Assembly: GCA_903877125.1 (NCBI GenBank)
Contig: CAIRCM010000191.1
Span: forward strand, 11,087-75,086
Length of the DNA: 64,000 nucleotides
From: an uncultured Acetobacteraceae bacterium
Lineage (GTDB): Bacteria > Pseudomonadota > Alphaproteobacteria > Acetobacterales > Acetobacteraceae
Direction of reading: 5' to 3'
Under the pieces are notes generated by a model. It saw nothing but the letters and a program-made list of their open reading frames with translations. It did no database searches and was not told the origin of the DNA. Position 1 is the first letter of the stretch; each line of letters begins with the position of its first letter. The position numbers and the translations under genes were made by a program. Below are positions 29,677 to 39,045 of this stretch, one piece after another.

Positions 29677-31014
29677 TTAGAAACGAAACGCTGTCCAAAG
29701 GCTGACGAACAGCGCATTGTTGTCCGACGCATGGTTGCTGGAGCCGTTGAACTGCGTGTAGGCGACGTATTGAACCGCCAGACGGATGTTCCCCGACTTC
29801 CAGGTGGAATCCGGTTTGCCCCAGGGAACGAACGCGATCTCGCCGATGAAGCCGGCACTGTTGGGCACCGGGGCGGGCAGCCCGAAATACTGCGGATTCG
29901 CCACCCCCGATGTCTGAAAATACTGTACCGACGGGGTCCAGGTCGCGCCGATGCTGTACGAAACGTCCGCACGAACGGTATCGAGATTGCCGTTCCGGTT
30001 CGCCCCAATCAAAACATTGCTGGCCGACAGACGCTGGTCTTCGTGGATCCAGGTTGCATGCGCCGAGATCACGTCGCTCTCGACGCGCTTGGTATCGAAT
30101 ATCAATTGATAATTCGCGTCGAACGCAATGTCCGTGAAGCTGTCGGTGCGGCCTGCGCTCCCGTCGCCGCCAGGATACAGGCTCACATGCAGACCGTAGG
30201 TCCCAATCTGGACATTCTGCCGATCCCCGTCGAAGCTTCGTTGCAGCGCCAAACGCCAATAGGGGATCGGCCCTACCGGCGTGTTGCTCCCGGCCAGCGG
30301 CACCTGACCTATATCGTTGCGGGTATCGCGGCTCAGCCCCCCATAAAGCGCGACATGCAGATAGAACATGTCATCCAGCAGGGTATAGGCGCCCGCCCCG
30401 GCCACATTATGGGCCAGCGCGCCGTCGATCAGCGTCGCGGCCAGCGGTGTCGGCGCCAGCTTGCTGCTGTTATAGGGAAACCCCCAGATCGGCGTAGAAT
30501 TCCATAAATCCTCGACCGTCGGCGCATTGTTGACAGTGACTCCCCAGACCAGATCGTGGTCCCAGAGAGTCCCGTCCTTCGCATAGCGGATATCCGCGTT
30601 GTCCAGCCCCGCCGTCCGTGAGACCCCGTCATAGGTAATCTGGATGAACGAACCGAGGTTCGGCGCCCACCGTCCAGCTAGATAGATCGACCCTTGATCG
30701 AGCGCCGGATTGTCGTTCGCCGCGAACCAGCGCGCCGCGCCGCCGGGTTGCGCGGCATTGGTGTGGGTGAACGAGGTCTGGATCGTCGCGGCGATTGGCG
30801 GGCCATGCGGTTTGCCGTCGGTCGACGCATAACCATAAAGCTTGAAATCCCGCCCGAAGGGCTTCAGTTGCGGCCCGAACGCGCCGACATGGCAGGCGGC
30901 GCAGGGTTGCCCGGTCTGGTCCGCGAAACTCGGCACCGCGCCCGCGTCGCCGACCGTGCCGCACAGCAATGCGATGGCGGCGCAGACAGCTGTCAGCGAT
31001 TGGGAAACCCTCAT
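29677..31014 (-). CDS. Cyc2-like outer-membrane monoheme cytochrome c fused to a beta-barrel porin
   Basis: Signal peptide, then VPSFADQTGQPCAACH..PQLKPFGRDFKLYGY (one CxxCH), amphipathic beta-strand-rich remainder, terminal aromatic residues (WTAFRF); GAGGAG RBS. Confidence 0.8.
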   Translation of the reverse strand: MRVSQSLTAVCAAIALLCGTVGDAGAVPSFADQTGQPCAACHVGAFGPQLKPFGRDFKLYGYASTDGKPHGPPIAATIQTSFTHTNAAQPGGAARWFAANDNPALDQGSIYLAGRWAPNLGSFIQITYDGVSRTAGLDNADIRYAKDGTLWDHDLVWGVTVNNAPTVEDLWNSTPIWGFPYNSSKLAPTPLAATLIDGALAHNVAGAGAYTLLDDMFYLHVALYGGLSRDTRNDIGQVPLAGSNTPVGPIPYWRLALQRSFDGDRQNVQIGTYGLHVSLYPGGDGSAGRTDSFTDIAFDANYQLIFDTKRVESDVISAHATWIHEDQRLSASNVLIGANRNGNLDTVRADVSYSIGATWTPSVQYFQTSGVANPQYFGLPAPVPNSAGFIGEIAFVPWGKPDSTWKSGNIRLAVQYVAYTQFNGSSNHASDNNALFVSLWTAFRF

Positions 31015-31157
31015 GCGTCACTCCTCGACCAAGGCGGCAGACCGAGTGTGACGAACAGTTATGAATAAAAAGTTAACAAAACCGACCTCGGACGCTTTTT
31101 TTTCCGCGATCCCCAGCCCGGCGTGACCCCCCAATACTCCTCTCTTGTAAATCACAA

Positions 31158-31176
31158 GTGATGTATAATATATCAC
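31158..31176 (+). promoter_or_regulatory. Imperfect palindrome overlapping TATAAT, probable XRE operator
   Basis: GTGATGTATAATATATCAC ends 5 nt before the XRE start; TTGT-N5-ACAA is adjacent at 31145-31157. Confidence 0.5.
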
Positions 31177-31181
31177 TCCTC

Positions 31182-31481
31182 ATGCTCACGCCCGCCCAGC
31201 TTCGCGCCGCACGAGCCCTCCTCGGGCTCGACCAACGCACCCTCGCGGAGCGCGCCGGTGTCTCCCTGCCGACGATCCAACGGATGGAAGCCAGCGACGG
31301 CTACGTCCGCGGTGTCGTCGAAACCCTGACCCGCGTCGTCGCCGCGCTGGAGCGGGAAGGTATCGAGCTGATCAGCGAAAACACGGTCAGCGCCAGCGGC
31401 GGACGCGGCGTTCGCCTGCGCGACCCCACGCCACCTAATCTGCGCCAAACATCATCGCACCACCTGGAAGGTGCCTCATAG
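31182..31481 (+). CDS. XRE-family helix-turn-helix transcriptional regulator
   Basis: MLTPAQLRAARALLGLDQRTLAERAGVSLPTIQRME...GGRGVRL. Confidence 0.9.
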   Translation: MLTPAQLRAARALLGLDQRTLAERAGVSLPTIQRMEASDGYVRGVVETLTRVVAALEREGIELISENTVSASGGRGVRLRDPTPPNLRQTSSHHLEGAS

Positions 31482-31489
31482 GTCAAACC

Positions 31490-32770
31490 ATGCCCGACGG
31501 AACCGCGACCGCCCATCTGCTGAAACCCAAACTCGCGACCATCCTGCATGAGGGTTACGGCGCCGAAGCATTCCAAAAGGACGTCATGGCCGCGCTGACC
31601 GTGGCCGTCGTCGCCCTGCCGTTATCCATGGCGATCGCCGTCGCCTCCGGCGTCCCACCCGAGCGCGGCCTCTACACCACGATCGTGGGCGGTTTTATCG
31701 TGTCGGCGCTGGGCGGCAGCCGCTTTCAGATCGGCGGACCGGCGGGGGCATTCATCGTGCTGGTCGCCGCTACCATGGCGCGTTTCGGTTTGGACGGGTT
31801 GCTGATCACCGTCGCCATGTCCGGCGTGTTCCTCACTTTGATCGGCCTTTCCCGCCTCGGCTCGCTGATCCGCCACATCCCGCATGCCGTGACCATCGGT
31901 TTCACCGCCGGCATCGCCGTTACCATATTCTCCAGCCAGATCCGCGATTTCATGGGCCTGCACCTCTCAGGCTCCGAACCCGGGCCACTGCTGCCCAAAT
32001 TGGTCGTCCTGGTCGAGGCATTGCCAACCGCCAATCCCGCCGCCCTGGCGATCGGCATCGGGTCGGCGGCCTCGATCTTTCTGATCCGTAGCCTTCGCCC
32101 AAACTGGCCCGGCATGTTGATCGCGGTCATTCTGGCCTCGGCGCTCACCGCGTTTTTGAAACTCCCGGTCGAGACCATCGGCAGCCGCTTCGGCGGTATC
32201 CCTTCAAGCCTTCCCACCCCGCATGTGCCCGCGATTTCCATCGCGCTCCTGCTCCAACTCCTCCCCGCCGCGCTGTCATTTACCCTGCTCGGCGGGATCG
32301 AGAGCCTGCTGTCCGCCAGGGTCGCCGACGGAATGACGGGGCGCATACACCGTTCGAACATGGAACTGATCGCCCAAGGCATCGCCAACATCTTCTCGGC
32401 GCTCTTTGGCGGGATCAGCGTCACCGGCACGATTGCCCGGACCGCGACCAATGTCCGTGCAGGCGCCCGCAGCCCGCTGTCCGGCATGATGCACGCACTG
32501 TTCGTGCTGCTGTTCATGTTGCTGGCAGCGTCCTTGGCCAGCTACATCCCGCTGTCGGCTTTGGCCGGCGTGCTGCTCGTCGTCTGCTGGAACATGGCCG
32601 AAAAGGCTGAGTTCGCGCGGCTGCTGCGCGCCTGGCCGACAGCGGTGGTGTTGCTTGCGACGTTCGGTCTGACCCTGGTCAAGGACCTGACGACCGGTAT
32701 CGTCGCTGGCTGTCTTCTGGCCGCTGCCCTCGCGGTGATGCGGCAACGTGTCCCGGAGGAGGGGCTGTAG
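31490..32770 (+). CDS. SulP/SLC26-family anion transporter lacking the C-terminal STAS domain
   Basis: DVMAALTVAVVALPLSMAIA, QIGGPAGAF, ESLLSA and GTIARTATN. Ends at 426 aa right after the last TM. Confidence 0.9.
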   Translation: MPDGTATAHLLKPKLATILHEGYGAEAFQKDVMAALTVAVVALPLSMAIAVASGVPPERGLYTTIVGGFIVSALGGSRFQIGGPAGAFIVLVAATMARFGLDGLLITVAMSGVFLTLIGLSRLGSLIRHIPHAVTIGFTAGIAVTIFSSQIRDFMGLHLSGSEPGPLLPKLVVLVEALPTANPAALAIGIGSAASIFLIRSLRPNWPGMLIAVILASALTAFLKLPVETIGSRFGGIPSSLPTPHVPAISIALLLQLLPAALSFTLLGGIESLLSARVADGMTGRIHRSNMELIAQGIANIFSALFGGISVTGTIARTATNVRAGARSPLSGMMHALFVLLFMLLAASLASYIPLSALAGVLLVVCWNMAEKAEFARLLRAWPTAVVLLATFGLTLVKDLTTGIVAGCLLAAALAVMRQRVPEEGL

Positions 32771-32928
32771 AGTCCCGCCGCGGCGAATTCACGCCGGACG
32801 GTCACCATGGTAGCCCTGTTATCCACCGCCCCGGTCACGCCAAACTTGCGCCGCCACCCCCAAATGCTAATACCCCGCGCGCCCTAACCACCCTCCAACG
32901 TGGTCCGGGGCATAAGCGGGATAGATCA

Positions 32929-33996
32929 ATGACCGACGACCTCCAGGCCTTAAAAACCGAAATCGACGCCGCCCTGGCCGCCGCTACCGACCTCCGCGCC
33001 TGGGACGCCATCCGCGTCGGCGTGCTCGGCCGCAACGGCACCCTCACCGGCCTCCTCCGCGACCTCGGCAAAACCGCACCGGATCAGCGCCGCGAACGCG
33101 GGGCCGCCCTGAACCGGCTGAAAGACGCGCTGACCGCCGCCATCGAGGCACGTAAAACCGATCTGGAAAACGCCGCGCTCGACGCCCGCCTGGCCGGCGA
33201 GAAGATCGATGTCACTTTGCCACCCCGCCCACGCCCGCAAGGGCTGATCCACCCTATCGCCCGCACGATGGAGGAAATCGTCGCCATCTTCGGCGCCATG
33301 GGATGCACCCTGTCCGACGGCCCGGACGTCGAATCCGACTGGTTCAATTTCGGCGCCCTGAACATCCCCGCGCATCACCCCGCCCGCGCCGACCACGACA
33401 CGTTCTATCTGCCGGCGCAGGGCGATCTCCCGCCGCCGGTGCTGCGCACACACACCTCGCCGGTGCAGATCCGCACGATGCTGACCCAGCCGCCGCCGAT
33501 CCGTACCATCGTCATCGGCCGCACCTATCGCGCCGACCATGACGCCACCCACTCCCCCATGTTCCACCAGTGCGAAGGCCTGATCATCGATCGCGACCTC
33601 ACGCTCGGGCACCTCAAAGGCTGCCTGACCGATTTCCTCCGCACCTTCTTCGATATCGCCAACCTGCCGGTCCGCTTCCGCTCCTCCTACTTCCCGTTCA
33701 CGGAACCGAGCATGGAGGTCGATATCGGCTGGAACCGCCGTACCGGGGAACTGGGCAAGGGCGGCGACTGGCTCGAAATCCTCGGCAGCGGCATGGTGCA
33801 TCCTCGCGTGCTCGCCAATTGCGGCATCGACCCCAGGGAGTGGCAGGGCTTCGCCTGGGGCATGGGGGTGGAGCGTGTCACCATGCTCAAACACGGCATG
33901 GCCGACCTCCGCCCGTTCTACGAATCCGATCTCCGCTGGTTGCGGCATTACGGGTTCAACCCGCTCGCCCCAACCATGCTGCATGAGGGAGTCTGA
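32929..33996 (+). CDS. pheS: Phenylalanine--tRNA ligase alpha subunit
   Basis: HPARADHDTF, LRTHTSPVQIR, HSPMFHQCEG, YFPFTEPSME and FAWGMGVER. Confidence 0.98.
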   Translation: MTDDLQALKTEIDAALAAATDLRAWDAIRVGVLGRNGTLTGLLRDLGKTAPDQRRERGAALNRLKDALTAAIEARKTDLENAALDARLAGEKIDVTLPPRPRPQGLIHPIARTMEEIVAIFGAMGCTLSDGPDVESDWFNFGALNIPAHHPARADHDTFYLPAQGDLPPPVLRTHTSPVQIRTMLTQPPPIRTIVIGRTYRADHDATHSPMFHQCEGLIIDRDLTLGHLKGCLTDFLRTFFDIANLPVRFRSSYFPFTEPSMEVDIGWNRRTGELGKGGDWLEILGSGMVHPRVLANCGIDPREWQGFAWGMGVERVTMLKHGMADLRPFYESDLRWLRHYGFNPLAPTMLHEGV

Positions 33997-33999
33997 CCG

Positions 34000-36462
34000 A
34001 TGAAATTCTCTCTCGCCTGGCTGAAGACGCATCTCGACACCGATGCGCCGCTGCAAACCATCACCGACACCCTGACCCAGATCGGCTTGGAACTGGAAGG
34101 GCTGGAGAACAAAGGCGCCGCCCTCGCATCGTTCCGTATCGTGCATGTGCGTGAAGCGGTGCAACACCCGAACGCCGACCGGTTGCGGGTCTGTACCGTC
34201 GATACCGGCAGCGAAACCGTCACCGTGGTCTGCGGCGCGCCCAATGCCCGCACCGGCATGAAGGCGGTCCTCGCGCGGCCCGGCGACACCGTGCCGCATG
34301 ACGGTTCGGTGCTGAAGGTCGGCGAAATCCGCGGCGTGAAAAGCCAGGGAATGCTGATGTCGACGCGCGAGATGGGTCTGGGCGACGACCATTCCGGAAT
34401 CGTCGACCTGCCGGCGGATGCGCCCGTCGGTACGTCCTACGCCGCATGGGCCGGCATGGATGACCCGATCATCGAAATCGGCGTCACCCCGAACCGGGGC
34501 GATTGTTTCTCGGTCCGTGGTGTCGCGCGCGATCTGGCCGCGGCCGGAATTGGCACGCTGAAGCCGTTTGCCCCCGCCAAGATCACCCCGGCGTTCGAAG
34601 GCGGCCCACGCTGGCAAAACGATTTCCCCGAAGCCTGCCCCTGGATTTTGGGGCGCGCGATCCGCGGCGTGAAAAACTCCGCCAGCCCGAAATGGTTGCA
34701 GGACCGGCTGACCTCGATCGGCCTGCGTCCGATCAACGCACTGGTCGATGTGACCAATTTCTTCACCATCGACCTTGGCCGCCCGCTGCATGTCTTCGAC
34801 ATCGGCAAGCTGACCGGCGACGTGCTCACCCTGCGGCGCGGCGCCGGCGAGACGCTGGCCGCGCTCAACGGCAAGGAATACACCCTCACATCCGAAGATT
34901 GCGCCATCTGCGACGCCGCCGGCGTGCAATCCATCGCTGGCGTGATCGGCGGCGAACCGACCGGATGCGATGAACACACCACCGAGGTGTTCGTCGAATG
35001 CGCACTCTTCGACCCCGTCCGTATCGCCTTGACCGGCCGCCGTCATCAGGTGGTCTCAGACGCACGCCAACGCTTCGAACGCGGGCTCGACCCGGCCCTG
35101 ATGCCCGACGCGATCGAGGCCGCGACGGCGCTGATCATCGAACTCTGCGGCGGTGAGCCGGGTACCGTGACCGGCGCCGGCGCCGAACCGGCCTGGCAGC
35201 GCGACGCCACCATGCGGTTCGAACGTATCGCCAGCTTCGGCGGGTCCGATATCGGCGCCGATGAAGCAGTTGCCTCCCTGGAACGCTTGGGCTTCGGCGT
35301 CCGGCACCGCGATGCGCATGCCGTCACGGTCGCCGTGCCGTCCTGGCGCAACGATGTCGCCGGCGCGATCGCGCTCGACCAGTCGCCCGACCTGGATCCC
35401 GCGAAAGCCGCCGCCGCTGCCGAAGGCTGCACCACGATCGAGCCGGAAAACGACCTGATCGAGGAAGTGTTGCGCCTGCGCGGTCTGGACGCGGTACCCG
35501 CGGTGTCCCTGCCGCGCTCCGGCCCGGTGCCGGCCGCGACCCTGACACCGCGCCAGACCCGCACAGCCTTGGCCCGCCGCACCCTCGCCGCGCAGGGCCT
35601 CGCCGAGTGCGTCACCTTCAGCTTCATGGCAGCGGGCGAGGCGCGGCCGTTCGGGGACACCCCCGACAGTCTGCGCCTGTCCAACCCGATTGCCGCGGAC
35701 CTGGACCAGCTCCGCCCAACGCCGGTGGCAACGCTGGCCATGGCGGCAAAGCGCAACGCAGCCCGCGGCTATCCCGATGTCGCCTTGTTCGAGGTCGGGC
35801 CGGCCTTCGACGCCACCGCATTGCACGGGCAACGGCTGGTCGCCGCGGGTGTGCGCGCGGGGGCCTCGCCACGCCATTGGTCCGGTCCGGTTCAAGGCGT
35901 GGATGCGATGGATGCGAAAGCCGACCTCTGGGCGGCGATGGCAGCGCTGGAACTGCCGCTGGAGGGCCTGATGCTCACCCAGGACGCCCCCGACTACTAT
36001 CACCCCGGCCGCTCGGCGACCGTGCGGCAGGGCCCGAAGAATGTGCTGGGTCGCTTCGGCGAAATCCACCCGCGCGTGCTGAACGACCTGGGCTTGCCCG
36101 CCCCGATGGTGGCGTTCGAGCTCGATCTGGACGCCGTGTCCGATCCCAAGCGCCGCCGCAAATCCGCCCCCGACCTGTCGGCGTTCCAACCGGTGCGGCG
36201 CGACTTCGCGTTCCTGGTCGACACCGGGATCGCCGCCGACGCCGTGCTGCGTGCGGCCAAGGGGTCCGAACGGGCGCTGATCGCGGGGGTCGCGCTGTTC
36301 GACGTCTATGAAGGCGACAAGCTGGCCGAAGGGAAGAAATCACTGGCGATCGAAGTGACATTCCAGCCGAGGGAACGGACTTTGACCGATGCCGAGATCG
36401 AGGCCGCCTGTCAGAAGGTGATCGCCGCGGTGGCGAAATCGACGGGTGCCGTGCTGCGGTAA
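34000..36462 (+). CDS. pheT: Phenylalanine--tRNA ligase beta subunit
   Basis: MKFSLAWLK, HPNADRL, VVCGAPNA, TPNRGDC, RFERG and FDX-ACB C-terminus (RDFAF..KSLA..RTLTD). Confidence 0.98.
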   Translation: MKFSLAWLKTHLDTDAPLQTITDTLTQIGLELEGLENKGAALASFRIVHVREAVQHPNADRLRVCTVDTGSETVTVVCGAPNARTGMKAVLARPGDTVPHDGSVLKVGEIRGVKSQGMLMSTREMGLGDDHSGIVDLPADAPVGTSYAAWAGMDDPIIEIGVTPNRGDCFSVRGVARDLAAAGIGTLKPFAPAKITPAFEGGPRWQNDFPEACPWILGRAIRGVKNSASPKWLQDRLTSIGLRPINALVDVTNFFTIDLGRPLHVFDIGKLTGDVLTLRRGAGETLAALNGKEYTLTSEDCAICDAAGVQSIAGVIGGEPTGCDEHTTEVFVECALFDPVRIALTGRRHQVVSDARQRFERGLDPALMPDAIEAATALIIELCGGEPGTVTGAGAEPAWQRDATMRFERIASFGGSDIGADEAVASLERLGFGVRHRDAHAVTVAVPSWRNDVAGAIALDQSPDLDPAKAAAAAEGCTTIEPENDLIEEVLRLRGLDAVPAVSLPRSGPVPAATLTPRQTRTALARRTLAAQGLAECVTFSFMAAGEARPFGDTPDSLRLSNPIAADLDQLRPTPVATLAMAAKRNAARGYPDVALFEVGPAFDATALHGQRLVAAGVRAGASPRHWSGPVQGVDAMDAKADLWAAMAALELPLEGLMLTQDAPDYYHPGRSATVRQGPKNVLGRFGEIHPRVLNDLGLPAPMVAFELDLDAVSDPKRRRKSAPDLSAFQPVRRDFAFLVDTGIAADAVLRAAKGSERALIAGVALFDVYEGDKLAEGKKSLAIEVTFQPRERTLTDAEIEAACQKVIAAVAKSTGAVLR

Positions 36463-36468
36463 CCCGTC

Positions 36469-36497
36469 GTCGCGGGCGGAACAAATCCGCCCGCGAC
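36469..36497. terminator. Perfect 12-bp hairpin between convergent genes
   Basis: GTCGCGGGCGGA-ACAAA-TCCGCCCGCGAC. Confidence 0.6.
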
Positions 36498-36513
36498 ATG
36501 GTCGTTTGCTGTC

Positions 36514-37734
36514 TTAGATGGTCGGGAAGTGGCACGCATCGTTCAGCGGATGCAGAACGCCCTCGGCCGGGGTGGTGGTGACCAGCTTGTACAGGTCCCA
36601 TTCACCTTTGCTTTCCTCCGGCGTTTTGATTTGAAACAGATAGGCCGGGAACGACCCACGCCCATCGGCGCGGATGCTGCCCTTGCCATATGCATCGTCG
36701 TCGGTCGGGATGGATTTCATCCGGGCGATGGCGGCCCGCCCGCTCTTTTTCGCTTCCACCGCACCCATCGCCTGGGCGGTCTTCAAATAGTGCAGCGTGA
36801 TGGCATACGAACTCGAGTGCGCCTGGTTCGGGTAATTCTTCGGCGTCTTCGCAATCAACCGCTTGGTAAACGCGCGCGTGCGGTCGTTCATATCCCAGTA
36901 AAACGTCTCGGTCGTCGTCAAGCCGTTGCAGGCTTGCATACCCAGAGAGTGCACGTCGGTGATGAACAGCAGCAGCGGTGCGATTTTCATGGTCTTGTTC
37001 AGGCCGAATTCCGCCGCCTGCTTGATGCAGTTCTGCGTATCCAGGCCGGCATTCGCCAGACCCAGAACTTTCGCTCCACTGGCTTGCGCCTGCGCCATAT
37101 AGGATGAGAAATCGGTCGTGTCCGGGAACGGATAACGCAGGTCGCCCTTAACCTCGCCGCCGCCCTTCAGCACCACTTCCTTGGTCAGATCGGCCAGCGA
37201 CTGGCCGAACGCATAATTGGCGGTGATGAAGAACCAGGATTTGTTGCCTGCCGCCATCAGCGCGCCGCCGGTGGAGTGCGCGTTCTCGTAGGTATCGAAA
37301 CTCCATACGATCGTGTTCGGGCTGCACTGCGCATCCGTCAATGCCGCGACCGTGGCCGAGGCATTCAGCATCATCTTGTCCTTTTCCTTCACCACCTGCG
37401 CTACGGCCAGGGCGACGGACGATGTCGGCACGTCGATGATCGCGTCCACGCCCTGATCGCACCATTGGCGTGCGATCGACGCCGCGACATCCGGCTTGTT
37501 CTGGTGATCTGCGCTGATCAGCTCGACATCGTAGTCGATGTGCGACTTCATTTCCTCGACCGCGAGCTGCGCGGCGGCGACCGAGGTCGGGCCGGTATTG
37601 TCGCGATAGGTGCCCGAAAGATCGGTCAGAACGCCGAGCTTGATGGTCGGTTTGGTTTGGGCGCGTGCACTGATCAGAGGAACGGCGGACACGGCGGCAG
37701 CGGTGCCCAGCAGGCCCCGGCGAGAAAGCGACAT
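36514..37734 (-). CDS. Branched-chain amino acid (LivJ-like) ABC substrate-binding protein with Tat signal
   Basis: MSLSRRGLL twin-arginine leader, KLGVLTDLSG, ADHQNKPDVA and FITANYAFG. Start trimmed to ATG 37734. Confidence 0.9.
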   Translation of the reverse strand: MSLSRRGLLGTAAAVSAVPLISARAQTKPTIKLGVLTDLSGTYRDNTGPTSVAAAQLAVEEMKSHIDYDVELISADHQNKPDVAASIARQWCDQGVDAIIDVPTSSVALAVAQVVKEKDKMMLNASATVAALTDAQCSPNTIVWSFDTYENAHSTGGALMAAGNKSWFFITANYAFGQSLADLTKEVVLKGGGEVKGDLRYPFPDTTDFSSYMAQAQASGAKVLGLANAGLDTQNCIKQAAEFGLNKTMKIAPLLLFITDVHSLGMQACNGLTTTETFYWDMNDRTRAFTKRLIAKTPKNYPNQAHSSSYAITLHYLKTAQAMGAVEAKKSGRAAIARMKSIPTDDDAYGKGSIRADGRGSFPAYLFQIKTPEESKGEWDLYKLVTTTPAEGVLHPLNDACHFPTI

Positions 37735-37790
37735 TGATTTTTCCTCCCTGTTATAAGGTGTCGCCTCTTGGCCGCGAAACGCCGCCGCCG

Positions 37791-38957
37791 TCAATACGAT
37801 TTTGCCTGCCCCAGCACCCGTTCGGCCAGGTAACTCAGAATCAATTCGCGGCTGATCGGCGCGATGCGCGGGATCAGGCTTTCCCGGAACAGCCGTTCGA
37901 CGTGGTATTCCTGCGCATAGCCCATCCCGCCATGGGTCATGACCGCCTGCTCGCACGCATGATAACCAGCCTCCGCACCCAGATACTTCGCGGCGTTGGC
38001 TTCTACCCCGCAGTCCCGTCCGTTGTCGTAGAGCCAGGCAGCCTTCAACATCATCAGGTCCGCCGCTTCCAGCTCGGCCCAAAGCTTCGCCAGGGGGTGC
38101 TGGATCGACTGGTTCTGCCCGATCTGCCGCCCAAACACCGTGCGCTCCCGCGCATACCGGGCGGCTCTGTCGATTGCGCAACGACCCATGCCAACCGCCT
38201 CGGCCGCGATCAGAATGCGTTCGGGGTTCAGCCCGTGCAGCAGATAGCGGAAACCCTCGCCCTCCTCGCCGATACGGTCTTCGACGGGAATGCGCATGTT
38301 CTCGAAGAACACCATGTTCGAGTCCACCGCGTGCCGGCCCATCTTGTGGATCAGCCGCACCTCCGCATGCGCGCGGTCGAGGTCGGTGTAGAACAGCGTC
38401 ATCCCCTGCGACTTCCGCTTGATCTGGTCCAAAGGCGTGGTCCGGGCGAGCAGCAGAATCTTGTTGGCGACCTGCGCGGTCGAAGTCCAGATCTTCGTCC
38501 CGTTCACCAGATAATGATCGCCATGGCGTTCGGCCCTGGTGGTGATTTCGGTGGTGTTCAGCCCGGCATTGGGTTCGGTGACGCCGAAGCACGCCTTGAC
38601 CTTGCCCGCGATCAGCGGCGGCAGCATGCGCTGCTTCTGTTCCTCGGTGCCGTACACCACAACGGGGTTGAGGCCGAAGATGTTGATATGGATCGCCGAA
38701 GCGCCGGACATCGCCGCGCCCGACTCCGCCACCGCCTGCATCATGATCGCCGCTTCGGTGATGCCCAGCCCGGCGCCGCCATAGGCCTCGGGCATGGCGA
38801 TGCCGAGCCAGCCGGATTCAGCCATGGTGTCGAAGAAGGCATGCGGGAAGGTCGCGTCATTGTCGCGTTCCAGCCAGTATGTATCGTCGAATTTGGCACA
38901 GATACGCTGCACCTGATCACGGATCTGGGCTTGGGCGTCGGTCAGGGCGAAATCCAT
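37791..38957 (-). CDS. Acyl-CoA dehydrogenase family protein
   Basis: CFGVTEPNAG, NGTKIWTS, GLNPERI, AVMTHGGMGY..EYHVER. Start trimmed to MDFALTD. Confidence 0.93.
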   Translation of the reverse strand: MDFALTDAQAQIRDQVQRICAKFDDTYWLERDNDATFPHAFFDTMAESGWLGIAMPEAYGGAGLGITEAAIMMQAVAESGAAMSGASAIHINIFGLNPVVVYGTEEQKQRMLPPLIAGKVKACFGVTEPNAGLNTTEITTRAERHGDHYLVNGTKIWTSTAQVANKILLLARTTPLDQIKRKSQGMTLFYTDLDRAHAEVRLIHKMGRHAVDSNMVFFENMRIPVEDRIGEEGEGFRYLLHGLNPERILIAAEAVGMGRCAIDRAARYARERTVFGRQIGQNQSIQHPLAKLWAELEAADLMMLKAAWLYDNGRDCGVEANAAKYLGAEAGYHACEQAVMTHGGMGYAQEYHVERLFRESLIPRIAPISRELILSYLAERVLGQAKSY

Positions 38958-39045
38958 GGACGGGGCTTTCTTATGCGCGTTGATGGTGGCGATTTGTCTC
39001 ACGCCTCATGCCGAAGGGCCAGCGCCGAGCCTCGCGGACACCCGG

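Noticed and set aside
37735-38592. 692-aa fusion of the binding protein with upstream sequence
   Set aside because: The upstream part is an alternate frame over the acyl-CoA dehydrogenase. The real start is the Tat leader MSLSRR with a GGGAGG RBS.
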